Source of the DNA: a candidate division TM6 bacterium GW2011_GWE2_36_25
Lineage (GTDB): Bacteria; Babelota; Babeliae; Babelales; UBA12409
Direction: 5' to 3'
Assembly (NCBI GenBank): GCA_000991575.1
Contig: LBRU01000009.1
Location: forward strand, 698-64,697
DNA length: 64,000 bases
The notes below the pieces were generated by a model. It was not told the DNA's origin. It worked only from the letters and a program-made list of their open reading frames with translations, and searched no databases. Below are positions 54,801 to 62,864 of the stretch, one piece after another. The position numbers and the translations under genes were made by a program. Numbering within the stretch: the stretch's first letter is position 1; each line of letters starts with the position of its first letter.

Positions 54801-56205
54801 ATACGCGGGGAGAGAAAAGCATGGTTTCTAAACGTTTAAGAATGTCTTTTATTGATGCGCTATCACCAGGCCATACCTTATAATGCAACTCTTTAAGTGC
54901 TTGATCTTGCGTCATGCAACTATCATGAGCAAGCGTCAACGCAATTGTTGGTTGGAAAACGTATCCGTATGAAGCGATCAACTCAAAAGAAAGACCTTCA
55001 TGTTTCTTGAATTTATCAAAATGATCTTCAGTAAATGGTTCACCTTGACCGGCTAAAACTTCACCGGTTTCGGTATCAACAACATCCTTTGAAAAAACTT
55101 TATTTAAAAGTAGATTTTTTTTGAGTTCTAAATGATCAATTTTAGCTTCATGCAATTGCTTGAGAAGATTTTTTGTGATACGACGGCCAACAAAACCTTC
55201 AAATGATTTGGGCAACATATCTGCTTCTAAACGCTGGCCAATCAAATTATCATTTAATTTCTTTTTAAATGAATCTTTTTCAACATAAATTGCATCTGAA
55301 CTGTAGAACTTAGAAATAATCTCATCGCGAGGAATACCAAGTGCTTGTAAAAATGTCGTAACAAGCAACTTTTTCCTCTTATCAATTCGAACATAAAGCA
55401 AATCATTGTTGTCGAATTCAAAATCAATCCATGACCCACGCATTGGAATAATACGCGCAAGATAATAAGGACGACCACGCAAATCACTTGCTTTTTTGCT
55501 CTGTGAAAAAACAACACCAGGCGATCTATGCAACTGACTTACAACAACACGATCAACGCCATTGATTAAGAAGGTCCCCTGATCACCTAATTTATAACGA
55601 CCCTCATCTTCATAAAGATCTGCCATAACAGGAATATCAGCTAAGAAAATATCCTGTTCTTTAATATCACGAACAGACCTGCTTCCCTCAACATCAACAT
55701 TCCAGCCAATTAATTGAACAGTTATACGAAGAGGAAGTGCAAACGTTTGCCCACTTGAACGACATTCATCAACTGTCATTGGCAACTTCAAGCAAACCCT
55801 TGTTAAGCACGCTGGACATACTCTGTAACGTACAACATCATCTTTTTTACATTTTGGACATTGCATATGTTCATTAATCCTGGAACAACCAGAAGCCTTA
55901 CATGCCAAACAAGTCCAAGAATAACGATTAACAATTCCAGTTAATTTGCCACAGGTACACGCCCAATCACCTAACTGATAACTGACATATTCAAGTGACA
56001 TTTTTCCTTCATAATCAATAGGAAAAATGTCACGTAATACTTTTTCAAGTCCCGTCGGAAACCGCTCTTCTGGAAGATAATCAAGCTGCACAAAATCATT
56101 AAATGATTTTGACTGCACCTCAATTAAATTCGGAACCGGAACAATATCTTTCAGCTTGCCAAATGATTTACGAACAACCTGCTTACTTCGATCCAAGTAA
56201 GACAT
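51868..56205 (-). CDS. rpoB: DNA-directed RNA polymerase subunit beta, with Cys-rich N-terminal insertion
   Basis: Canonical beta motifs are present throughout. The start is placed at MSYLDRSKQVVRKSFGK (ATG 56205), preceded by GGGAGGTG. The track start 56232 is 8 nt from the rplL stop. It overlaps rpoC by 8 nt. Confidence 0.95.
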   Translation of the reverse strand: MSYLDRSKQVVRKSFGKLKDIVPVPNLIEVQSKSFNDFVQLDYLPEERFPTGLEKVLRDIFPIDYEGKMSLEYVSYQLGDWACTCGKLTGIVNRYSWTCLACKASGCSRINEHMQCPKCKKDDVVRYRVCPACLTRVCLKLPMTVDECRSSGQTFALPLRITVQLIGWNVDVEGSRSVRDIKEQDIFLADIPVMADLYEDEGRYKLGDQGTFLINGVDRVVVSQLHRSPGVVFSQSKKASDLRGRPYYLARIIPMRGSWIDFEFDNNDLLYVRIDKRKKLLVTTFLQALGIPRDEIISKFYSSDAIYVEKDSFKKKLNDNLIGQRLEADMLPKSFEGFVGRRITKNLLKQLHEAKIDHLELKKNLLLNKVFSKDVVDTETGEVLAGQGEPFTEDHFDKFKKHEGLSFELIASYGYVFQPTIALTLAHDSCMTQDQALKELHYKVWPGDSASIKDILKRLETMLFSPRVYDLTKVGRLRMNRKLGLTVAEDITTLTIEDIIATVRYLVNMRERGEGELDDIDHLGNRRVRLVGELLSNQFYVGFSRIERIVRERFRVQDLNASLMPQDFLNVKPLAAVMREFFGTGQLSQFMDQTNPLSELAHKRRLSALGPGGVMKDRATYEIRDVHTSHYGRICPIETPEGQTIGLISSLATYAMVNDLGFIETAYRPVKGGKLLDEVIFLDAFQESDKYIAQADAVDKTGNKIEKDTVLARYQGNFLYTDLDNITYIDLSPKQLVSVASALIPFLEHDDASRALMGANMQRQAVPLIRCQTPLVGTGMEKEVCKASPGAVISARHAGVVEYVSSEKIIVRADEASFTTTDAWLAGGVDVYHLRKFERSSYSTWIHQKPIVSVGDRIEKGQILTDGTAITNGELALGSNLLVAFMPWHGYNFEDAIVLNKRLVAEDVMTSVHIDEYIAEARDTKLGPEEITRDIPNVSEKALSALDEDGVVLIGSRVRPGDILVGKVTLKGDVQYSPEEKLLRAIFGEKSREVRDTSLRVPPGIDGTVVDVKVFSRSGIRKDRRYKDVVTAQTAKFDSEHEKQLRILGEMVSDRAIALMKKQGPAAKIGAKLLKNKKTFDVDALRELAPEKLLALKTDDETTNDKLNRLLQTYETQLSILENLRKERISSLKKGDPLPSGVIKMIKVYVASKRHVQVGDKMAGRHGNKGVVSTVVQRENMPYLDDGRTVDVVLNPIGVPSRMNVGQILETILGFAGIQAGRQLRELIEEKRMDQAISQLEKWYGKSFMKEYEEAYGKRAILELAERTAEKGLSFATPVFDGASFDEDISPLLKELNLTQSGAYVVRDGRTGEYFEQPVTIGSIYMMKLNHMVDDKLHARSVGPYSLVTQQPLGGKAQFGGQRFGEMEVWALEAYGAAYTLQEMLTYKSDDVTGRHRVYETIVRGDGKEIPDPGLPESFNVLIKELQSLALQVDLFKGSREEISE

Positions 56206-56240
56206 CAAGCGGCACCTCCCACTATCATTCAAAAAACAAC

Positions 56241-56630
56241 TTATGCTAATTCTACTTTTGCGCCAGCTTCTTCTAGCATCTTCTTCATCTTCTCTGCTTC
56301 TTCTTTAGGCGCTGCCTCAGCGATAACTGTTGGTGCGCTTTCAGCTTTTTCTTTAGCTTCAGTTAAACTCAAGCCATTAATTAATGCACGAAGCGCTTTA
56401 ATTACCTTGATCTTTTCTGGGCCAGCGTCTTTTAATGTAACTTTATATTCAGTCTTCTCTTCAGCAGGAGCTGCAGCACCAGCGGCGGCACCAGCTACAG
56501 GTGCGGCTGCAACAGGCATTGCTGCAGAAACACCAAACTCTGCTTCGAGCGTCTTCACTAAATCAGCAAGATCTTTTACTGACATTCCAGATATTTGCTT
56601 TACAATATCTTCTGTTCCTTTAGATGGCAT
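56241..56630 (-). CDS. rplL: 50S ribosomal protein L7/L12
   Basis: Ala-rich hinge and C-terminal domain [25 protein letters not shown].... Confidence 0.95.
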   Translation of the reverse strand: MPSKGTEDIVKQISGMSVKDLADLVKTLEAEFGVSAAMPVAAAPVAGAAAGAAAPAEEKTEYKVTLKDAGPEKIKVIKALRALINGLSLTEAKEKAESAPTVIAEAAPKEEAEKMKKMLEEAGAKVELA

Positions 56631-56665
56631 AGTAGTACTCCAATTATGTTAATTGTACAACAATG

Positions 56666-57193
56666 TTATGCTTCTTTCTCTTTTTTTTCAGCAATTTGCT
56701 TAAGCACGACAAGAAGCCGAACAAGCATCATATTAAGCACGCCCACAAACTGTGTAATAGGCATTTGCATTGTTCCAACAACTTGCGCAAGCAAAATTTC
56801 TCTTGATGGCAAGGTCGCCAAATACTTAACAGTATCAGCATCCAAATACTCTTTTTCAACATAGCCAAGAACAATGTCAAAGTTTTCATTATCTTTTACA
56901 AAATCATGTAAAACTTTTGCAACGGCAGTTGGCTCTTGTTGAGCAAAAATAACACCTCGCTCTTCATGCAGATAAGGCATAAAACCTTCATAGGCAGCAT
57001 TATCACTTAGTGCACGTTTTACCAGTCGCATTTTTGCAACCTTAAGTCGCGCACCTTTACCACGCAACTTACTGCGCAAATCTTGCATCACATTAACTGA
57101 TAATCCGCTGCACCCAACCAAAAAAGCTGCTTCAGCCTGATCAAAATTTTTTCTTAATGAATCAACTAATGCTTCTTTCTCTTGACGATTCAT
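56666..57193 (-). CDS. rplJ: 50S ribosomal protein L10
   Basis: MNRQEKEALVDSLRKNFDQAEAAFLVGCSGLSVNVMQDLRSKLR... Position in the rplKAJL operon supports the call. Confidence 0.9.
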   Translation of the reverse strand: MNRQEKEALVDSLRKNFDQAEAAFLVGCSGLSVNVMQDLRSKLRGKGARLKVAKMRLVKRALSDNAAYEGFMPYLHEERGVIFAQQEPTAVAKVLHDFVKDNENFDIVLGYVEKEYLDADTVKYLATLPSREILLAQVVGTMQMPITQFVGVLNMMLVRLLVVLKQIAEKKEKEA

Positions 57194-57201
57194 GAATTAT
57201 C

Positions 57202-57900
57202 CTACACCTTAAACATATCATCAATAGCAATTTCTATACCAGGCCCCATGGTAGATGAAATAGCAACCTTCTTAATAAACCTTCCTTTTGCTGCCGCAGG
57301 ACGTGAAGCAACAACCGATTTCATAAGTGCCAAAAAATTCTCATGAAGTTTTTGTTCTTCAAAGGATTTTTTTCCTATTGGCACATGAAGCAATCCGGTG
57401 CGATCACTCTTAAAAAATGTTTTACCTTTTTTAAGTTCAGCAACAATCGAACCAACATCGAAGGTGACGGTGCCAACTTTTTTATTTGGCAACAGACCAC
57501 GCGGACCCAACAATTTTGCTAATTTTCCAACAGCACCCATCATATCGGGTGTAGCAACAGCATTGTCAAATTCAAGCCAACCACCAAGAACCTTTTCAAT
57601 CAAGTCCTCGGCACCAACAAAATCTGCACCTGCTTTCTCTGCTTCATCAGCGTATTTGTCTTTAGCAAAAACAACCACACGCGATTTTTTACCAACCCCA
57701 TGCGGATACATCACTGAACCACGAACAGCTTGTTCGGATTTTCCTGCATCAATTCCCAAATTAATATCAACACCAACGGTTTCATCAAATTTGGCATAAG
57801 CTACTTTTTTAACTTCACTTATGGCTTCTTGTGCAGCCACTTTTTTATGACCACCAAGCACCTTAATCGCAGTTTTATATTTTTTACCTCGCGTTGCCAT
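57202..57900 (-). CDS. rplA: 50S ribosomal protein L1
   Basis: ...KFDETVGVDINLGID...RGSVMYPHG.GK..RVVVFA... is typical of L1. Confidence 0.95.
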   Translation of the reverse strand: MATRGKKYKTAIKVLGGHKKVAAQEAISEVKKVAYAKFDETVGVDINLGIDAGKSEQAVRGSVMYPHGVGKKSRVVVFAKDKYADEAEKAGADFVGAEDLIEKVLGGWLEFDNAVATPDMMGAVGKLAKLLGPRGLLPNKKVGTVTFDVGSIVAELKKGKTFFKSDRTGLLHVPIGKKSFEEQKLHENFLALMKSVVASRPAAAKGRFIKKVAISSTMGPGIEIAIDDMFKV

Positions 57901-57908
57901 ATGTGTCC

Positions 57909-58331
57909 TTAATCTTTTACCTCAATACCCATACTTCGAGCGCTACCAGCAATAATTTTTTTTGCTTGTTCAACATCAAATGCATTTAAATCTGCCATTT
58001 TAGCTTGAGCAATTTCCTCGACATCTTTCCAGGTAATGCTCGCAATTGGACCCGTATGAACAGCCGCTCCCTTACCTACTTTCGCCTTCTTCTTAATCAG
58101 TTCAGATGCTGGTGGCGTCTTGGTAACAAAACTAAAACTACGATCCGTATAAACGGTAATAGCTACAGGAACTGTTTCACCTTTGCGACTTGCTGTTTCA
58201 GCATTGAAACGCTTGCAAAAGTCCATGATATTTACACCATGCTGACCAAGAGCTGAACCGACTGGTGGCGCAGGAGTCGCAGCACCACCGTGAATTTGTA
58301 ACTTTATCAATGTCTTAATTGGTTTTGCCAT
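57909..58331 (-). CDS. rplK: 50S ribosomal protein L11
   Basis: [35 protein letters not shown] is canonical L11. Confidence 0.95.
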   Translation of the reverse strand: MAKPIKTLIKLQIHGGAATPAPPVGSALGQHGVNIMDFCKRFNAETASRKGETVPVAITVYTDRSFSFVTKTPPASELIKKKAKVGKGAAVHTGPIASITWKDVEEIAQAKMADLNAFDVEQAKKIIAGSARSMGIEVKD

Positions 58332-58342
58332 TGTGCAACCTA

Positions 58343-58864
58343 TTAATGTTTAACCTGATCAAAACTTAACTCTACCGGTGTCATCCGACCAAAAATACTG
58401 ACCATTATTTTAAGTCGCTCATTTTCTGCATCAACCTCTTCAATAACACCAACAAAACCTGCAAATGGGCCCCCTGTTATATCAACCTGGCTTCCCACCG
58501 CAAATTCTGGCGTCTCACTTTTAACAACCACTTCTCCTTTAATTGTCTTAATAACACGATCAATCTCTTTTTGAGAAAGCGCCATAGGCTCTTTACCGCC
58601 TAAAAATTTTAAAACACGGGGAGCGCTATTCACCAATTGATATGTTTCAGGATTTTGCTCCATTTCAATTAAAATATACCCAGGGAACAATCTTTGATCT
58701 TTTGCTTCCTGAGCAGAAAAAATTTCTTTTACTTGCGTTGATGGAATCAGAATATCACCAAAAGAATCAGTTAATCCCTTTTCCTTAATCCATCGCTCAA
58801 GATCAGCTTTTACCTGATCTTCATAGCCAGCATAAACTTGGATCACATACCATCGTTTCATCAC
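58343..58864 (-). CDS. nusG: transcription termination/antitermination factor NusG
   Basis: NGN domain ([18 protein letters not shown]) plus KOW ([22 protein letters not shown]). Confidence 0.95.
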   Translation of the reverse strand: MMKRWYVIQVYAGYEDQVKADLERWIKEKGLTDSFGDILIPSTQVKEIFSAQEAKDQRLFPGYILIEMEQNPETYQLVNSAPRVLKFLGGKEPMALSQKEIDRVIKTIKGEVVVKSETPEFAVGSQVDITGGPFAGFVGVIEEVDAENERLKIMVSIFGRMTPVELSFDQVKH

Positions 58865-58894
58865 AAGTCCCTGTCCTCGGTTTCCCTATCCCAA

Positions 58895-59089
58895 TCACTG
58901 TGCATAAATAAATTCACTTAACAACCTTAAGCCAAAATCAATTGCACCAAGATAAACAGCAAACGCCGCAATAATGATCAAAACCACTATCGTCGAACCA
59001 ATAAATTCGTTAAAATTTGGCCACGCAACCTTTGCAAGCTCTTGTCGCACTTCTTTAAAAAAAGATATCATTTTTACCATTTTTAACAC
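58895..59089 (-). CDS. secE: preprotein translocase subunit SecE
   Basis: 64 aa with FFKEVRQELAKVAWP followed by a single TM. It lies upstream of nusG. Confidence 0.85.
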   Translation of the reverse strand: MLKMVKMISFFKEVRQELAKVAWPNFNEFIGSTIVVLIIIAAFAVYLGAIDFGLRLLSEFIYAQ

Positions 59090-59133
59090 CTAACACGTCA
59101 ATCTTTCAAACTCCATAATCTGCTTTTTGAGCT

Positions 59134-59210
59134 TGGCAGGCCAGGAGGGATTCGAACCCCCAACCGTCAGATTTGGAGTCTGTCGCTCTACCATTTCGAG
59201 CTACTGGCCT
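59134..59210 (-). tRNA. tRNA-Trp (anticodon CCA), CCA encoded
   Basis: AGGCCAG-TA-GCTC-GAAATGGTA-GAGC-G-ACAGA-CTCCAAA-TCTGA-...-GGGGG-TTCGAAT-CCCTC-CTGGCCT-G-CCA. It sits in the conserved position upstream of secE. Confidence 0.85.
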
Positions 59211-59282
59211 CGAACATCTGCGACATCCACGTCGCCCATTATTTCATCTCTTTTTTTGAGACCACTCTCAAAACTCAGCTTC

Positions 59283-59358
<76 letters not shown>

Positions 59359-59528
59359 CTCTGATACTACTAACAACCTTACATCTTATCTATAAGGTTA
59401 AATTAAAAAAAGAGAAAATACAAATTATATCGTGCTCAGTCAACTTTTCTAACGCTCATTTTTCAACAAAAATTGAATTGTTGAAAAATGCCCTTAAAAA
59501 TAAATATCAAAGTACCATTAACATAAAA

Positions 59529-59604
59529 TGGAGCTGGCGGTCGGACTTGAACCAACGACCTGCTGATTACAAATCAGCTGCTCTACCAACTGAGCTACGC
59601 CAGC
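59529..59604 (-). tRNA. tRNA-Thr (anticodon TGT), CCA encoded
   Basis: GCTGGCG-TA-GCTC-AGTTGGTA-GAGC-A-GCTGA-TTTGTAA-TCAGC-AGGTC-GTTGG-TTCAAGT-CCGAC-CGCCAGC-T-CCA. Confidence 0.85.
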
Positions 59605-59774
59605 AGTTTTACGTTTAAAAGTAAACTGTTTCAATCCATTATATATTAATGTAGTGATTTTTTTAAGATTTTCAACTTTTTTATGTTCTGCATCCAAAAA
59701 AGATATTTTTCGCGCAAACAGCGAACCATTCACATAAAATTTATGTTGTTAAAACCAAGTTAAATAGACAAATT

Positions 59775-59851
59775 TGGAGCGGGAAACGGGATTCGAACCC
59801 GCGACCTACAGCTTGGAAGGCTGTCGCTCTAGCCAACTGAGCTATTCCCGC
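59775..59851 (-). tRNA. tRNA-Gly (anticodon TCC), CCA encoded
   Basis: GCGGGAA-TA-GCTC-AGTTGGCTA-GAGC-G-ACAGC-CTTCCAA-GCTGT-AGGTC-GCGGG-TTCGAAT-CCCGT-TTCCCGC-T-CCA. Confidence 0.85.
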
Positions 59852-59862
59852 ATAACGAAAAC

Positions 59863-59947
59863 TGGTGGCGAGGGTAGGATTCGAACCTACGAAGGCTGAG
59901 CCAACGGATTTACAGTCCGTCCCCTTTGACCGCTCGGGAACCTCGCC
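59863..59947 (-). tRNA. tRNA-Tyr (anticodon GTA), long variable arm, CCA encoded
   Basis: GGCGAGG-TT-CCCGAGCGGTCAAAGGGG-ACGGA-CTGTAAA-TCCGT-TGGCTCAGCCTTC-GTAGG-TTCGAAT-CCTAC-CCTCGCC-A-CCA. Confidence 0.85.
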
Positions 59948-60083
59948 ATACATGTCAATGTCGACAGTATAAGGATAATAGATTTTTCGCTATTTTCAAC
60001 TTTTAACACTTCATTTAATAAAAAACTGACAGACAATTTTATAAATCCCCCGAAAAGACCCGTAAAATCATAAAAAAAGAGAG

Positions 60084-60572
60084 TTATTTAGAATCAATAA
60101 TGATTATGCGTTTTTTAGGATTATCCTCAACATAATCGAGTTTTATGTCGAGTGTCTCACGCGGCAAAATGGACAGTACAATCTCGGGCCATTCAATGAG
60201 CACTTTACATTGTGGCAAGTAAAAATGTTCGTCAAAGCCAGATTCATAAAATTCATTTATTGATTTTAGACGGTATAAATCAAAATGATAAACACATTTA
60301 CTATCAGGCATGTGATACGTAACAAAATACGCAAATGTTGGACTTGTTATGCGGTCTTTAATCCCAAGTTCTTTCGCCAACGAACGAATTAATGTTGTTT
60401 TTCCTGCACCAAGGGGACCAGTAAATGTAACAATTCGCGCCTCTTTAACGTAAGGCAGCAGTTCTTGTGCAACCTTTGGCACATCCTTGAGACCGAACTC
60501 TTTCTTTACCTTTATCATAATGATCAGTATAAAAGGTTCTTTATAAAGCGCAAGTTGCCCCATTTTGCACAT
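60084..60572 (-). CDS. tsaE: tRNA t6A37 biosynthesis ATPase TsaE
   Basis: P-loop GPLGAGKTTLIRSLAKELGI, SPTFAY and HFDLYRL motifs. The start is either a TAATG overlap with the upstream gene (60572) or the internal MIKVKKEF (60518). Confidence 0.85.
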   Translation of the reverse strand: MCKMGQLALYKEPFILIIMIKVKKEFGLKDVPKVAQELLPYVKEARIVTFTGPLGAGKTTLIRSLAKELGIKDRITSPTFAYFVTYHMPDSKCVYHFDLYRLKSINEFYESGFDEHFYLPQCKVLIEWPEIVLSILPRETLDIKLDYVEDNPKKRIIIIDSK

Positions 60573-61156
60573 TAATCTAATCTATCAATCAACTTTTTCC
60601 GCTTACGTTCTTGTTTAGAAAGTTTCTGTGCCGGCTTGTGACGCGGAATCCCTTTTTCAGAAAAATCATCCTTTTTTATTTCCAGATCTTTCGATGCTTC
60701 CATCATAAGATTATCAAGTTCTACAGAAGAATCTGCAGACAACTTAAAAAGCGTTTGATCTCCCGATAGCCCCACAGGCTGCGGTTTTTTTTCTAAATAT
60801 GTATAATAAAATTCAGGCGCCTTCATCGTCTGCTTACCGAGCGTTTCTGCATAGTGCCGCACCGCCCGATCAGAAGAAACAACTAAAATTTGGTACTCAC
60901 GATGTTCTTGTAAGTATTGCGCAATTACCTCATCAGCCGTTTCTTTATAACCAGAATAAATAATAGTTAGTCCACCTTTTTTTTCTTGAAAAGGATAATT
61001 TGATTCTCCACCATCAAAAACAATGATCCCTTGCAATTTTCGCTTCCTAAAATAACCACCAAGTTGCATAATAAATTCATCTCTTTGACGTTGCGATACC
61101 CGCTTTGTTCCCAAAACCTGCTTAATTAAATTATAACCATCAATAACTACGATCAT
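60572..61156 (-). CDS. YacP/Rae1-like NYN-domain protein
   Basis: MIVVIDGYNLIKQ...GIIVFDGG...VVSSDRAV matches the YacP-type NYN (PIN-like) ribonuclease pattern. Confidence 0.65.
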   Translation of the reverse strand: MIVVIDGYNLIKQVLGTKRVSQRQRDEFIMQLGGYFRKRKLQGIIVFDGGESNYPFQEKKGGLTIIYSGYKETADEVIAQYLQEHREYQILVVSSDRAVRHYAETLGKQTMKAPEFYYTYLEKKPQPVGLSGDQTLFKLSADSSVELDNLMMEASKDLEIKKDDFSEKGIPRHKPAQKLSKQERKRKKLIDRLD

Positions 61157-61180
61157 CAGGAATCCTTTTCAACCTCTTTT

Positions 61181-61399
61181 TTAAGATAAGGTTTCAAAGG
61201 AATAGCCTTGAGCGCTCGTGTCAACACGTAAAGCTCTCCACCTCGTTCTTCCCAAGAAAAAAGTCATCTTTTGCAACCAATCGGGCAATTTTTTAAACCA
61301 CCACTCCGTTTTTGGATCTGGAAAATCTTCTTCACAATTCTTCATTGCAGATAAATGCGAAATGAAAAAAATTAAAAGTAAAAATTTTAAACCCCACAT
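61181..61399 (-). CDS. small hypothetical secreted protein
   Basis: Likely start MWGLKFLLLIFFISHLSA (ATG 61399). No family recognised; weak call. Confidence 0.3.
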   Translation of the reverse strand: MWGLKFLLLIFFISHLSAMKNCEEDFPDPKTEWWFKKLPDWLQKMTFFLGRTRWRALRVDTSAQGYSFETLS

Positions 61400-61541
61400 A
61401 TAATCCTTTCTTAAATTACCTCTTTCCCAAAGTATGCCATAAATAGTCTTCAAATTAAAAAGATCATTTTATACAACTTTTGAAAAGAAAATGAGTTATT
61501 GCTAAGCTAAAATTAATCTTCTAAATAAAAAGGGGTCATAT

Positions 61542-62387
61542 ATGTCCCAACTGATTCAAATGAATCAACGCATCAATGCGATAGAAACAATCAAAAAAAT
61601 CACCCATGCAACACGACTTATCGCCATGTCCTCTCATACACGGTTAGCAAACAAAGAACCAATTTTAACCCATTATAAAAACAAAATCACTCAACTTTTT
61701 GCACAACTGATCAATTATAAAAAAGACTTTTATAAAACACTTTTCAATTTTTCACCTACCGCAAATGGCTCTCTTATTATCTTAGTCGGCTCACAAAAAG
61801 GCTTTTGTGGAACCTTTAATGTTATGTTATTCAAATTTTTTGAATCAAAATTTTCTCATTTAACAAAAGATGATGGAATCATTGCCATTGGTAAAAAAGC
61901 TGCAGATTATTTAAAGAAAAAAAAGATTCAACCACTGGAAATATTCAGCAACTTATCAAGCACTACTCTCAACAATATTACCGACCTCATTTCCGAATTT
62001 ATTGAACAACAAATTCCGAATTACAAAGAAGTTATCATTATCAGCAATGAGCCTAAATCATTTTTTCTGCAAAAACCTCATCTAACTATGCTCCTCCCCA
62101 TTGCACCATTACCAGAAAAAAAACAACTTCCGTTTGATACCTATATCTGGCCAGAATCAGAACAACAGATTTTAAAAAATCTTGGCAACCTTTATCTCAG
62201 CGTCAATCTTAATGCAATCTTATTCTCTTCACTTGTTTCAGAACAAGCTGCACGCTTCCAATCAATGGATAATGCCACACGAAACGCAGAAGAATTGCTC
62301 GATGTCATGCGCCGTGATTACAATAAATTACGTCAAACAAAAATAACACGAGAACTTATTGAATTAACCAGCAGTTTCGAACGTTAA
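61542..62387 (+). CDS. atpG: F-type ATP synthase gamma subunit (isolated from other atp genes)
   Basis: The N-terminal helix (RINAIETIKKITHATRLIAMS) and the C-terminal helix (ARFQSMDNATRNAEELLDVMRRDYNKLRQTKITRELIEL) match the gamma-subunit signatures. Confidence 0.8.
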   Translation: MSQLIQMNQRINAIETIKKITHATRLIAMSSHTRLANKEPILTHYKNKITQLFAQLINYKKDFYKTLFNFSPTANGSLIILVGSQKGFCGTFNVMLFKFFESKFSHLTKDDGIIAIGKKAADYLKKKKIQPLEIFSNLSSTTLNNITDLISEFIEQQIPNYKEVIIISNEPKSFFLQKPHLTMLLPIAPLPEKKQLPFDTYIWPESEQQILKNLGNLYLSVNLNAILFSSLVSEQAARFQSMDNATRNAEELLDVMRRDYNKLRQTKITRELIELTSSFER

Positions 62388-62447
62388 AAACTGACAAACT
62401 TTTCCTTTTATGCTACAATGATAACAACTTAGTGGAGGTTAAAATAA

Positions 62448-62864
62448 ATGAAAAAATTAATTCAATTAGCATTCCTAATAACGCTCTTGAATGTTTCAAC
62501 CGTAAAACCGTTCAGCAGCCTCAGGCTTTTTTTAGGTACAACGGCTCTCGTTACAACAACAGCAATTGCTTATCATATCTGGACTCATTACAATGTTACG
62601 CGCACACTTAAACGCCTTTTTAACAGACGATGTGATGAATTAGATCAAAAACTAACTGGCATAAAAAAAGACACCGAAGATCTCAAACTTGATTCAGCCG
62701 AGAACAAAGAGCTTTTAAAGCGTTTACAAGAAGCTACCGGCGAAACTAAACAAATGCTCCTTTTATTGCTTCAAATGCAGTTTTCTCATTTATCTGATGC
62801 TCAAAAACGTGCGTGGCGCCCAATTTTAGAACAAATTGGCGCTCCTCAGATTAACGCTCAATAG
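62448..62864 (+). CDS. hypothetical secreted/membrane coiled-coil protein
   Basis: RBS GGAGG, a signal peptide, a TM segment and a coiled-coil. Its 3' end overlaps murA by 14 nt. Confidence 0.45.
   Translation: MKKLIQLAFLITLLNVSTVKPFSSLRLFLGTTALVTTTAIAYHIWTHYNVTRTLKRLFNRRCDELDQKLTGIKKDTEDLKLDSAENKELLKRLQEATGETKQMLLLLLQMQFSHLSDAQKRAWRPILEQIGAPQINAQ

Noticed and set aside
45392-56864. Numerous 60-140-aa ORFs antisense to or out of frame within pnp, rpoC, rpoB, rplL, rplJ, rplA and rplK (for example 45392-45793, 53147-53470, 53750-54025, 57398-57799).
   Set aside because: They are fully nested in strongly supported conserved genes and have low-complexity translations. There are no independent signals.
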